This document shows positions 37,327-46,709 of a stretch of DNA of 64,000 bases, piece by piece (position 1 is the stretch's first letter; the number at the start of each line of letters is the position of its first letter). Source of the stretch: an uncultured Planctomycetales bacterium (GTDB lineage: Bacteria > Omnitrophota > Gorgyraeia > Gygaellales > Profunditerraquicolaceae); NCBI GenBank assembly GCA_964645795.1, contig CAZYCL010000005.1:26006-90005 (forward strand), given 5' to 3'. A program made the translations under genes and the position numbers. The notes under the pieces are model-generated. The model saw only the letters and a list, made by a program, of their open reading frames with translations. It ran no database searches and was not told the origin of the DNA.

Positions 37327-38451
37327 TCAACCTCCTGAAAAAGCCGCTATCACCGCCTGGCCAAGCGATATCCCTGAATCAGAGCAGGAAAGCTTTTTAT
37401 GGATGAAAACTTTAAATCCCGATTTATATAATAAGCCCAAAGCCAGCTTTAGTAAAATATTATTTTGGAATACCCCGCCGGACAAAACCACCTTTTCTAT
37501 GCCGCTGGCTTGCCTTATGCGCCTTGACAATAACAGGGACATCTGCGCTATGCTCAGATGGAATTTATAGGCCATCTCGGCCCTGGGCAGGCCTTTTTTG
37601 ATATCCGAGACTATCCCGCCAAAGATCCCCTGCGGGCGGATAATATAAGCGTTGGCGCGCCTGTCTAACGCAAAACCGTAGGCTTTGGCCCTGCCCCTGA
37701 AAAAAGACGCTTGCCTTTCCAGCTTGATCGCAAGCTCCGCCTCTAACCCAGCGGAAACCTCGCCCAATATGATAGCGGCGGCGGCATCAAAGAGCCTGCC
37801 CATGCTGCTGGAAAGCGGACAGTTTACCCCCTTTACCTGCATGCTTCGAATCAGGCGCCATTTGCGAAGAGAAATGAGACTGACAAACGGGATATCTGAT
37901 TTCAGGAAGTCGTTACCGTAAAGACCGTGAAGCCAGAAGCAGGCAAGCCGCCATGGCTCTGCGATCGCCCGTTCCCCTCCGATCAAAGGAACCTCTTCAA
38001 GATGGGCCAGCCTCCGGCAGCTCTTGTAATCACAGACCAAAAACTCCGCCCCCCAAAGACCGGAATCGGTCCCCATCCCCGTTCCATCAAAAGCCACCCC
38101 TATCACCTTTTCGTTCTTCAGGCCGTTCTCAGCCATGCATGAGGCAATATGCGCGTGATGGTGCCCTATGCCTATTGCCTTAATCCCGCCTAACCCGCCT
38201 TCTGAGACAAAAACGGTCGAACGGTAGCCGGGATGCAGGTCGTAGGCTGCGATGCGCGGACGCAGCTTCATAAACCTGTCGACATCCTTGACGAACGCCT
38301 GATAATCATCGTAAACACCCAGGTCATTATGGACCGGGCTCAGATATGCCGAGTTTTTCCTTACCAGGCATACCGTGTTCTTTGTGTGGCTGCCCGTGGC
38401 AAGCACGGTTGCAGGGGACCTAAAGGCTAGTTTTACGTCTGCGGCGCTCAA
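37327..38451 (-). CDS. hypF: HypF-like carbamoyltransferase, C-terminal Kae1/YgjD-like domain only; no acylphosphatase, Zn-finger or YrdC domains
   Basis: VLATGSHTKNTVCL at the start corresponds to the beginning of the HypF Kae1-like domain. HHHAHIASC metal site and VVLSGGVFQN motif. The upstream gene is an unrelated exonuclease, so the N-terminal half is not encoded here. Confidence 0.6.
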   Translation of the reverse strand: MSAADVKLAFRSPATVLATGSHTKNTVCLVRKNSAYLSPVHNDLGVYDDYQAFVKDVDRFMKLRPRIAAYDLHPGYRSTVFVSEGGLGGIKAIGIGHHHAHIASCMAENGLKNEKVIGVAFDGTGMGTDSGLWGAEFLVCDYKSCRRLAHLEEVPLIGGERAIAEPWRLACFWLHGLYGNDFLKSDIPFVSLISLRKWRLIRSMQVKGVNCPLSSSMGRLFDAAAAIILGEVSAGLEAELAIKLERQASFFRGRAKAYGFALDRRANAYIIRPQGIFGGIVSDIKKGLPRAEMAYKFHLSIAQMSLLLSRRIRQASGIEKVVLSGGVFQNNILLKLALGLLYKSGFKVFIHKKLSCSDSGISLGQAVIAAFSGG

Positions 38452-39278
38452 GGGACCATCTCCATATCGATAATATTGTCCACCCTGAATGTCCTTTCGT
38501 CCTTTTTCAAAGAACAGTACCCTATCAGGTAGAACTTATTATTGGTTTCTCTTACCTGGCGCGGAACGACTATGCGCTCGGATAACTGGGCATCGGTGCT
38601 GCCCAAATATTTTATCTTTATGCTTATCTTCTTATCGATGGCCTTCTGGATTTCGCCGACCTTGCGGTTATTGATGTCGTCAAGCAGGGTGGCATTGATG
38701 CCGAAGAGGCTGACGAATTTATCAAAATCATCTATGCCTTTCTGTTGAAGCATTTCCACAAACCTTAGAAAGACATCGTAGGTCAGCAGAACATCCGCCA
38801 GGGCACGGTGATCCTGCTTGGTCTTCACCCCCAGCTTCTCAACCACTGAAGATAATGCATACCTGTCCTGCCCCGGAAGGAGCCGGCGCGCCATTTTCAA
38901 GGCATCAACTACGATCAGGTCTTTCGGCAGGCAGGCGCCGATAAGAGAAAGCTCCTCTTTGATGAACTCCATATCGAAGCTGGCATTATAGGAGCACAGG
39001 CAGCTGCCTTCGATAAAATCCAGAAACCTTGGCAGCACATCCTTGGCTAGAGGCGCATCTTTTATCATATCCCGGCTTATGCGGTTTACCGCGTAAGCCG
39101 CCGGGGAAACCTCTCTTTGGGGATTTATAAGCGAGCTGAACTGGGCAATCGCCCTTTTGCCCTCAAACCTTAGAGCGGCTATCTCTATGATCCTGTCTCC
39201 GGCGCCAGCACAAAGTCCGGTGGTTTCAGTATCAAAGATAGTGAACTCGATCTCTCCAAGCTTCTTATGCATGCTCAT
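38448..39278 (-). CDS. DEDDh 3'-5' exonuclease (DnaQ/epsilon-like) fused to a C-terminal WYL-like domain
   Basis: Exo I FDTETTG, Exo II YNASFDMEF, Exo III HRALADV. The C-terminal 90 aa (IKIKYLGSTDAQLSERIVVPRQV...KFYLIGYCSLKKDERTFRVDNIIDMEMV) matches the WYL consensus (WYL.A.c...R.FR.DRI). Confidence 0.6.
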   Translation of the reverse strand: MSMHKKLGEIEFTIFDTETTGLCAGAGDRIIEIAALRFEGKRAIAQFSSLINPQREVSPAAYAVNRISRDMIKDAPLAKDVLPRFLDFIEGSCLCSYNASFDMEFIKEELSLIGACLPKDLIVVDALKMARRLLPGQDRYALSSVVEKLGVKTKQDHRALADVLLTYDVFLRFVEMLQQKGIDDFDKFVSLFGINATLLDDINNRKVGEIQKAIDKKISIKIKYLGSTDAQLSERIVVPRQVRETNNKFYLIGYCSLKKDERTFRVDNIIDMEMVP

Positions 39279-40170
39279 GCCTTGAGGCTATGTAGGCGGG
39301 GATCATCTTTACCGGATGATACCCCAGCTTTGTGCGCCTGAGGTTCTCCAATCCCGAATCGTCCATTATGTTAACGAACTCAAAATCCTTCAGGTCGCTG
39401 CAAAAAGACGAAAAGATGAACTGGCTCAGGCCTTTGATCTTCAGGTCCGCCACCTCATAAGCTATGCAAAAGGTCTGCCTATCGATTACAAAACCCAGAC
39501 TGAATGCCTTAACGGCTTTACCTATCAACACTACCCTGCCGCTCAGCTCCAAGGACCTCCATGAGTTGAATATGAAATCCAGACACCTGAATCCGTCTTC
39601 CATAAGTCCGCAGTAAACCGCGTCCCGGTTGGATTCCTTTCTTGAGCTCGCCCATTCCTTATAAAGCCGCAGGCAGCCGCCTTTTCGCGAAGCAGAAAGC
39701 GGCAGATAACAAAACTCATTATTCCTTACGAAATGGTTGAAGCAGGCGCGCTGAGATTTGTATTTATTGCCCGGCAGCCCTGCGATATCGCTTCTTTTGC
39801 ACAGGTATTCCGGATATTTTTCGCTTATCTTATAACCCCAGCGGCTGAATCTGTCGATATCGGACTCCTGTAAATTCTCAATGCGGGAAATCTGCGGGTT
39901 CCTGCGGTTTATCCCGTCCATGAATTCAAATGATTCCATCAACGCGGCAGGCGAGATGTTTTTACCCAGCGGGGGAAGGTACATGAACGCCCCCGAGCCG
40001 TCAACAAAGAAAACGCACAAGTTGCCTGAAACCACAGACCACCTGATATCAAAGATGGCTTTCCATATATAAATATTTTCGAAGGTGTATACCGATAAGT
40101 CGTTTGCACAAAAACCCAGAAAATCCTTGAATAGCTGCCTGTCTTTGGCTGCCAGACTCTTTGTTTTCAT
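39265..40170 (-). CDS. DUF2156-family protein (homolog of the MprF C-terminal domain; putative aminoacyl-tRNA-dependent aminoacyltransferase)
   Basis: 301 aa with a tandem GNAT-like pattern similar to the LPG-synthase C-terminal domain; no TM domain. Confidence 0.5.
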   Translation of the reverse strand: MKTKSLAAKDRQLFKDFLGFCANDLSVYTFENIYIWKAIFDIRWSVVSGNLCVFFVDGSGAFMYLPPLGKNISPAALMESFEFMDGINRRNPQISRIENLQESDIDRFSRWGYKISEKYPEYLCKRSDIAGLPGNKYKSQRACFNHFVRNNEFCYLPLSASRKGGCLRLYKEWASSRKESNRDAVYCGLMEDGFRCLDFIFNSWRSLELSGRVVLIGKAVKAFSLGFVIDRQTFCIAYEVADLKIKGLSQFIFSSFCSDLKDFEFVNIMDDSGLENLRRTKLGYHPVKMIPAYIASRHEHA

Positions 40171-40664
40171 CAGCCTATGTCCAGCTCAAACAAGTTGGTT
40201 ACGTTATCGTAGGATTGGATCAGATGCGGGTTGTTCTCTAAAATCCGCCGGTTCCGGGGCCGAATGAAATACTCCTTAAGGTAATTAAGATATTCGTCTT
40301 TCAGGGCGCCGTGAAAATGCTCTTTTATAAAGGGGCAGGCCGGATGCAGGGCAAGATAAACCTTTTCGTCCTGCCGGTTGATGACAAAAGGATATAGCCG
40401 GCATTCAAACGGCCTCTTATCATAAATGCCGCATCTGTTGGTCGCCTGGTTAAGAAACGGGCAGATAAAGCCCTGCCCTTCGGGACCGGGCTTCAGCTTT
40501 AACCTTTTATCAGCCAGAATAAGTCCGGCATTCTCTTTACCGGCTGCCAACCCCGCGCCCTCTTCATCAAGCAGCCGCACGCTCCATACCGAGCGTTCTT
40601 GGCTGAACCTGCAGCAGCCTTGACAAGCAAGGCAATAGTCGCTCTTTAGCAGCTGCCGTATCAT
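40170..40664 (-). CDS. YkgJ-family Cys-cluster (CxxCxxCC) putative Fe/Zn-binding protein
   Basis: CLACQGCC near the N-terminus, with further Cys pairs (CPF...C...C, CPF). Confidence 0.5.
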   Translation of the reverse strand: MIRQLLKSDYCLACQGCCRFSQERSVWSVRLLDEEGAGLAAGKENAGLILADKRLKLKPGPEGQGFICPFLNQATNRCGIYDKRPFECRLYPFVINRQDEKVYLALHPACPFIKEHFHGALKDEYLNYLKEYFIRPRNRRILENNPHLIQSYDNVTNLFELDIG

Positions 40665-40981
40665 TTTACGATACTACCGTTGGCTACCCGGCGCAATGTA
40701 GTGATTATCGATATCCCGTTTTCATCGGAAGCCGCAAGCAGCATGCCCTGGCTCTCAATGCCCCTAAGCAGCGCGGGCTCCAGGTTGTCGACAACGATCA
40801 CCTGCTTACCTAATAAATCCTCTTTCTGATAAGACCCTCTTATGCCGGCCACCAGCTGCTTAGTCTTATCTCCCAGGTCAACAGTGACAACATACAGCTT
40901 ATCCGCATTGGGATGCTCGCTAACTTCTTTTATTTCAGCAACTTTCAACTCTAATTTTTTGAAATCCTCTATACTGATCAT
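40661..40981 (-). CDS. tRNA-binding protein (Trbp111/CsaA-like OB-fold)
   Basis: 106 aa, LKVAEIKEVSEHPNADKLYVVTVDLG...VAGI pattern of the Myf/EMAP domain. GGGAGGAAG RBS 4 nt upstream. Confidence 0.65.
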   Translation of the reverse strand: MISIEDFKKLELKVAEIKEVSEHPNADKLYVVTVDLGDKTKQLVAGIRGSYQKEDLLGKQVIVVDNLEPALLRGIESQGMLLAASDENGISIITTLRRVANGSIVK

Positions 40982-41093
40982 TCTTCCTCCCTGGATTAAG
41001 CTATCTTGCTCAAACCCGGCTCGTTAGGGCCGAGTCATTAATGATATCACGCTCCGCTTAAAATAACAAGCTCAAAGGCTTCCAGGATAGCTA

Positions 41094-41122
41094 TTGCAAT
41101 TGAGGCAAGTAACTAATATAAT
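41094..41122 (+). promoter_or_regulatory. Sigma70-like promoter for the plus-strand GT-C/GT2 pair
   Basis: TTGCAA (41094..41099), a 17-nt spacer, TATAAT (41117..41122). It lies 31 nt upstream of ATG 41153, in the divergent intergenic region. Confidence 0.45.
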
Positions 41123-41152
41123 TATCTAATCCAGGCAAATCAGGTCAAAACT

Positions 41153-43489
41153 ATGATCTCCGGAAAAAAAGCTCTTCCTCTTATTGCCCTCTGTGCTATC
41201 CTAATCTTTCATCTTGGTGCTAACTTCATCTGGCTAAGGCTTGATAAAACCGACCTCCTCTATGACGCCCACCACCATTATCTCTTCAGCCTTACAGTCT
41301 TTGACCAGATGCGCTCCCATATACTGCCTTCGTTGTCCGAGGTCCTGGAGCGCATCGGGCCGCATCACCGTTGGCACGGTATATTCCCCGGATACGCAAC
41401 TGCCCCTTTCTACTTTTTCTTCGGCGTCAGCCAAGATGCCGGGGTGATGGCAAGCTCTCTTATATTTCTTACCGTACTGATCCTGGCTACTTACGGAATA
41501 GGCAAGACGTCGCTGGACCAAAAATCCGGCGTATTGTCTGCGTTCATCGTGGGCATGTATCCGGCAGTTTTCAACCACTCAAGGCTCTATATGCTCGATC
41601 TTCCGCTGACCTCCATGGTAGCCCTTAGCATATATTTGCTTTTAAAATCAGATGACCTGAGGCTAAAAAGGTACTTTCTGCTATTTTCCGTTGCTGCGGG
41701 CCTCGGCCTTCTTTGTAAATTCAACTTCCTGATCTTTGTCTTCGGCCCCTTTATTTATATTTTGATACGCGCGCTGTTGGTCCGGGCGGCAGGCAGCAAG
41801 AAGCGCATAGCCGTTAATCTGCTGCTTGCCCTGGGGATCGCCGCGCTCATAATCATGCCGTTTTTGGCGCTCAAGCACAACGAGCTAAAAATGAGGATCT
41901 ATGAATTCTCCAGGCTAAACCCTGCTTACTCTGGTGGGTTTAGCTCATGGGCAGAGGCCTTAAAGGGGTGGGCGGCGTCATTTACCGACTATCTGTTATG
42001 GGCGGTCCCGGAGACCGTAAACACATTGACATCTTTCATGTTTTTTTTACTGTTGGCGCTGGCGCTCCCGTTTTTTCTGATAAAAAAGTGCCGCTTCAAG
42101 GCAGCCATCGTTCTCTGGGCCTTCGCGCCGTTTGTGATACTGGCCTCTTGCTTCCTTTGTCAGAATATCAACAGGTACCTGATGCCCAGCCTGCCGGCCT
42201 TGGCAGTCGTCTGCGGCGTAGCGATCTCTTCCATAACCAATAGCGCCATTCGTAAGGCAACTACCGTGCTTATTGTCTTCTTTGGGATATGGCAATATCT
42301 GGTCATATCTTTCAATCTTGGCTTCTGCGTGCCGGACGAGAAGCTTACTATCCCCATTCGCATCAACAGGCAATGGTCGGCCTTTACAGAGCCTTCTCTT
42401 GACATTAAGCTGCTTAATCCAAGGATAAACCCCGGCTATAGAAACGGCGCTGCCGCGGCCAGTTATCCGGACCGTCATAACCTGCCCTATCGGCCGATCC
42501 TGGAGCGGATACTTGCCTCTTCGTCGGGGATGGCCGTGCGCCCCATCAATCTCTTCTTTACCGACGATATCCCGGAAATCTATGAACCGATGGAGTATCT
42601 GGCCTTTGCTGGCCGCCTTCCGTTGCTTTTTTCGATCAATCCGCGCGTCTTCGAGCCCTCCAGGTGGAGCTGCCAAAACGTTGCGCTTTCAATCTCCGGC
42701 GCAGATTATATCATCGCCGCGCAAAACACGGTTTCCGCAGACCTGCCTGACCGGATCAAAAAAAACATTGCCGCCTCCAGGAACTATCTGGACAGGTATC
42801 TGGATTCGTTCGCGCTTCTTGGCTCCTGGCCTTTGGGGCAGGATAACCGGCTCCTGCTTTACCGGCGCAAAGAAGGGTACTCGGAAATATCCAGCGGCCG
42901 GCTGCGGCTGTACTTTCGCAACGGCATTATAAAGCTTTTCTCTGCCTGCGGACCGGTCCTGATCAATGAAGGCCTGGAGGCATGGGTTTACGCCGGGAAT
43001 AACCGGTACAGCTCTTGCCTGGGCAATTGGAGCATGCATAATATATCCGGTGATGAGATCAGGGCCGAGGTGTCCTGGCCTGATATAAATACCAGGCAGC
43101 GCTGGGTCCTGCGCCTGCAGAAAGAAAAACTGCTTGTCAACATTAAGACCTCTACGGCCAGGGCGCCCCATCCGCAAGGAGCAGGGTACTCTCTATACCT
43201 GAACCCAAAATATGTGCGCTTCTCTACGGCTGGCCTTAAGCCGCGGCTGCTTCAGAAAGGGGTGATTGCTGACAACGTCGTGGCTCTTGAGCAAGAGGAG
43301 CTGCCTCTTTGGTTTCATGCGGGCCGGATGGACGGATTTAAGTTTTTTTCTCAGGCGCCCGTGCAGAAGATGACGTTAGCTGCGCAAAAAGAGTTTGTAA
43401 GGATAAATGTTTATGCTTGGCCGGTCAACTCCGAGATGACAAAAGAGCTGGCGTTCTATCTATGGTTTGGTGCGGATAATACAAAGTAA
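41153..43489 (+). CDS. GT-C fold glycosyltransferase (ArnT/PMT-like, families GT39/GT83) with a large C-terminal soluble domain
   Basis: About 11 TM helices at the N-terminus with a first-loop DxxxD-type motif; 778 aa. Confidence 0.6.
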   Translation: MISGKKALPLIALCAILIFHLGANFIWLRLDKTDLLYDAHHHYLFSLTVFDQMRSHILPSLSEVLERIGPHHRWHGIFPGYATAPFYFFFGVSQDAGVMASSLIFLTVLILATYGIGKTSLDQKSGVLSAFIVGMYPAVFNHSRLYMLDLPLTSMVALSIYLLLKSDDLRLKRYFLLFSVAAGLGLLCKFNFLIFVFGPFIYILIRALLVRAAGSKKRIAVNLLLALGIAALIIMPFLALKHNELKMRIYEFSRLNPAYSGGFSSWAEALKGWAASFTDYLLWAVPETVNTLTSFMFFLLLALALPFFLIKKCRFKAAIVLWAFAPFVILASCFLCQNINRYLMPSLPALAVVCGVAISSITNSAIRKATTVLIVFFGIWQYLVISFNLGFCVPDEKLTIPIRINRQWSAFTEPSLDIKLLNPRINPGYRNGAAAASYPDRHNLPYRPILERILASSSGMAVRPINLFFTDDIPEIYEPMEYLAFAGRLPLLFSINPRVFEPSRWSCQNVALSISGADYIIAAQNTVSADLPDRIKKNIAASRNYLDRYLDSFALLGSWPLGQDNRLLLYRRKEGYSEISSGRLRLYFRNGIIKLFSACGPVLINEGLEAWVYAGNNRYSSCLGNWSMHNISGDEIRAEVSWPDINTRQRWVLRLQKEKLLVNIKTSTARAPHPQGAGYSLYLNPKYVRFSTAGLKPRLLQKGVIADNVVALEQEELPLWFHAGRMDGFKFFSQAPVQKMTLAAQKEFVRINVYAWPVNSEMTKELAFYLWFGADNTK

Positions 43490-43493
43490 ACGC

Positions 43494-44327
43494 ATGGTCA
43501 GCGTAATAATTATCACTTATAACCGCGCCCGGCTCCTTAAAAGGTGCCTCGATAGCCTGTTGGCGCAGGCTGCCGCCGGGGCCGCGGAAATTATCGTCGT
43601 CAATAACGGCTCCACCGATAATACCGCGGAACTGTTAGGCAATGAGTACTGCGGCCGGATAAAGCTCATTGACACTGCCCCGAAAAGCTTGTCCGCCTGT
43701 AAACAGATGGCTTTCGATGAAAGCCGGGCAGATACCGTTGTTTTTCTCGATGACGACTGCGTGCCCAAGGAGGGATGGCTGGAGCTCATTAAAAAGTCCT
43801 GCCGCACTTATGACATACTGGGAGGGGCGGTGCTGGCTGAAGAGGGGACTGAATTTCCTCGATGGTGGAGATCCTCCTTGAACTGGCTTATCGGGATAAA
43901 CCCCGATCCCGGCTTCTCCTATCTTCCGCTGGGCAGCAATATTGTCTTCAACAGGAAGGTGCTGGAAAAGATCAACCCCATGCTTAAATCCTCGGTCTCT
44001 GTGACAATCGGGCCCCTGCCTTACGCCGAAGACTATCTGCGAGTAAGGTTAGCGCTTGCCTGCGGATTCTCAATAGGCTTCATCAAAGAGGTGGCGGTCT
44101 TTCACTATGTTCCTGCCCAGAGACTAAAAATTGGCTATCTGATAAAAAGAAGCTGTTATGAGGGAACTGCGCGCGCGCGGGTAGAAAGATCTATCCCCTT
44201 ACTTTTGCGCTCTTTTCTGGGCATCTTCTATAACCCCGTCCTATTGCTCTTGTCTGCCGATATCAATAGGCTCTTCCGCTTCCTGGCTTCAGCAAGCTAT
44301 ATCTTAAGCTACCATCGCAAGCGTTAA
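43494..44327 (+). CDS. Glycosyltransferase family 2
   Basis: MVSVIIITYNRARLLKRCLDSL, VVNNGSTD and LDDD motifs. Start placed at ATG 43494, just after the upstream stop. Confidence 0.65.
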   Translation: MVSVIIITYNRARLLKRCLDSLLAQAAAGAAEIIVVNNGSTDNTAELLGNEYCGRIKLIDTAPKSLSACKQMAFDESRADTVVFLDDDCVPKEGWLELIKKSCRTYDILGGAVLAEEGTEFPRWWRSSLNWLIGINPDPGFSYLPLGSNIVFNRKVLEKINPMLKSSVSVTIGPLPYAEDYLRVRLALACGFSIGFIKEVAVFHYVPAQRLKIGYLIKRSCYEGTARARVERSIPLLLRSFLGIFYNPVLLLLSADINRLFRFLASASYILSYHRKR

Positions 44328-45340
44328 TCCGCATTTACAATCTTGTGTAATGCCAGTCCTTCGCAGATAGCACAATCAAAGTTGCAGTCGCATTTACCGT
44401 CCCGGATGATCTCTCGAGAGCGTCTGGCCTCATCCGAGGTCCAGATATCCATAAATGACTCCTCCAGCATGTTGCCTATGGTCGCGCTAGACCAGCAGAA
44501 CTTCACGGAGCCGTCGCTTAACAATTTAACTGAAGTGACTGCCTGGTAGCATTCCAGGCGCCCGCAGCTGCGCGTAAAAGGACTATCCTTGCGCCTGACT
44601 GCCCTGGCAAGGCTACCTCTTAACCAGACAAGCCAGCGGGAGTAATCGCCCCTCTCTTTTTCGCTGAGCGCAAACCTTCGGTTGACGGACTCATCCGGTG
44701 TATCGCTAAACGTTTGTATAAAATGCCCTATCCCGTGTCTTAAGGCAAATAATTTCACGCCCAACAGGTCCAAAGGTTTTATCTCTTTGGACATAACCGA
44801 AACCAGGGAAAATGAAATAGCGGGAAACTTCTTCCTGACCTTAATGCAATTGGAAAAGGCCTCTTTAAAAAGCCGCATTTCGAAGCTCCTCAGCCTTTTG
44901 AATTTTCTCGGGTCAAGAGTATCTATGGAAATGTTTATCCTGTTCACTCCTGCCCTGATTGTCTCTTCAAGGAAACCGTAATCTCTGAAGCGCAGCCCGT
45001 TGGTACATAATTCGATGGTCTTTATTTTGCATTTTGCCGCATGCCTGATGAGACTCTGGAATCCCGGCCAGATCGTAGCCTCTCCGCCGCTTAAGCAAAG
45101 CCGTTGCGGTATACCCCACGCGCATATCTCGCCGATGAACTCTGACAGGCGTTCGAAAGTAAGCAGGCTGCCGGTTTTCTCCTGGTGATAGCAGTAAGCG
45201 CAACGGCTGTTGCAGGATGTAGTAATAGAAATCATTAGGTCCATAGGGGCAAGGCTGGGGGCGCAGTCAAGATACGACTTCTTGATTAGTGACTGCTTTT
45301 CTTCTGATATGGCCTTACGCATGGAAATCGCGCTTATCAA
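44324..45340 (-). CDS. Radical SAM / SPASM-domain enzyme
   Basis: CNSRCAYC core, and a C-terminal SPASM pattern CGRLEC...FCW...CDCNFDCAIC. Confidence 0.75.
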   Translation of the reverse strand: MISAISMRKAISEEKQSLIKKSYLDCAPSLAPMDLMISITTSCNSRCAYCYHQEKTGSLLTFERLSEFIGEICAWGIPQRLCLSGGEATIWPGFQSLIRHAAKCKIKTIELCTNGLRFRDYGFLEETIRAGVNRINISIDTLDPRKFKRLRSFEMRLFKEAFSNCIKVRKKFPAISFSLVSVMSKEIKPLDLLGVKLFALRHGIGHFIQTFSDTPDESVNRRFALSEKERGDYSRWLVWLRGSLARAVRRKDSPFTRSCGRLECYQAVTSVKLLSDGSVKFCWSSATIGNMLEESFMDIWTSDEARRSREIIRDGKCDCNFDCAICEGLALHKIVNAD

Positions 45341-46709
45341 CCGCCTTAAAAAAATATAAAGCTGCCAGATAAAGAATGGGGGCGATGATCAATGAAGGGA
45401 AAAACTCTGTCTTAAAGTAACGAATGAGCGCAAACATAATCAAACCGGATAAAACCGGCTTAATCGAAAAGTATGCCAAGGCCTTGGAGTATTCCTTTGT
45501 TGCTTTCCTGAAGTACGCTAAAACCTGCCCTGTAGCATAAGCGACCAGCGATACAAACGCAGCTCCCAGGAAACCATAACGCGGGATCAACAACAAGTTA
45601 AGCGCGACACTAATGGCCGCGGAGATGCCCGTGAAGAATGGGTCCAGCCTTTGCTCGTGTGCGGCGATGAGAATAACATTGACCGCAACCCCCGCGAATA
45701 CGAAGATTTCGCCCCACATCAGGACCGCAAAAGCAGGCGAGGCGGAAATGAACCTTTCTCCGTATAGCAGGGAAATAATCTGCTTTGAAAACATGGTCGA
45801 GTAAAAAGCCAGGGGGATTATTATTATCAAAAAGTATTTTATCAGCATGCGGTAACGTTTTTTAAACTCCTCCTTTGAAGAATCGAAGGATTTTGATAAC
45901 AGTGGCAGCATCGAAATAGCGAATGCCGCCGGAATGACGTTTAAGCTCTCGGAAATCCTGGTCCCCGCAGAATATAAACCCAGAGAAACATCGCCGTTGA
46001 ACTTGTAGAGCATTATGTGGTCAAAGCGATGGTAGATAAAGATAAAGATTGTGCTCAAGCCCAATGGCCAGGATTCCCCGAAGATCCTGCGCCACAAAGC
46101 TGGTTCTAATTTAAATACGGGCTTTATGAGCCTATCGGCAAAGAACATCAGCGCAACAAGCGCCGCCAGATATATGAATACCGAGTAAAAATAATAGTCT
46201 ATTAGGCCTTTGCCCCTGGAGGCTAGCCCAAGCACAAGCAGTATCATCAGCGCTTTTTTAGATAAATTCAAGAAGACAACATATCCCATTTTCAGCTTAA
46301 ACTGGAATACCGCTTCATAGACACAGCTTATGGAAAAAACCAGCATAGTAAGCGTTGCGAATGCCGATAAAACCAGCATTCCTGCGTCCGGACGGATAAA
46401 CCAAACGGTGACCCAGAACGCCAGCATTGCGCACAACGATATTGCGGCCTGTATCATAATGCAATTTCCGAAAAGCAGGGGTGCGAATCTTTCCTGCCTT
46501 GACATCTCGCGTATCAAGATCGGTCTGAACAGCTGGCTGTTAAGGGAAGAGAGGAGGAAAAGGAAAACCGAGAGAAAAGAAAGCTTGCCGAAGCCGCTTT
46601 CTCCGAAGCAACGGGCTATAGAAGCCGCCAGCACCAAACCGATTAGGTTCTCCGCGAAATTGCCTGCGATAATAACGAAGCTATTTTTTATTATTTTTTC
46701 CATTACCAT
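45315..46709 (-). CDS. wzx: Wzx-type oligosaccharide flippase (MOP superfamily)
   Basis: 464 aa, about 12-14 TM helices, polysaccharide-biosynthesis-protein pattern. Confidence 0.6.
   Translation of the reverse strand: MVMEKIIKNSFVIIAGNFAENLIGLVLAASIARCFGESGFGKLSFLSVFLFLLSSLNSQLFRPILIREMSRQERFAPLLFGNCIMIQAAISLCAMLAFWVTVWFIRPDAGMLVLSAFATLTMLVFSISCVYEAVFQFKLKMGYVVFLNLSKKALMILLVLGLASRGKGLIDYYFYSVFIYLAALVALMFFADRLIKPVFKLEPALWRRIFGESWPLGLSTIFIFIYHRFDHIMLYKFNGDVSLGLYSAGTRISESLNVIPAAFAISMLPLLSKSFDSSKEEFKKRYRMLIKYFLIIIIPLAFYSTMFSKQIISLLYGERFISASPAFAVLMWGEIFVFAGVAVNVILIAAHEQRLDPFFTGISAAISVALNLLLIPRYGFLGAAFVSLVAYATGQVLAYFRKATKEYSKALAYFSIKPVLSGLIMFALIRYFKTEFFPSLIIAPILYLAALYFFKAVDKRDFHA

Noticed and set aside
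36023-38451. Reading hypCD-hypF' as evidence of a hydrogenase operon in this window.
   Set aside because: No hydrogenase structural genes or hypA/hypB are present anywhere in the 64 kb. Only maturation genes are present.
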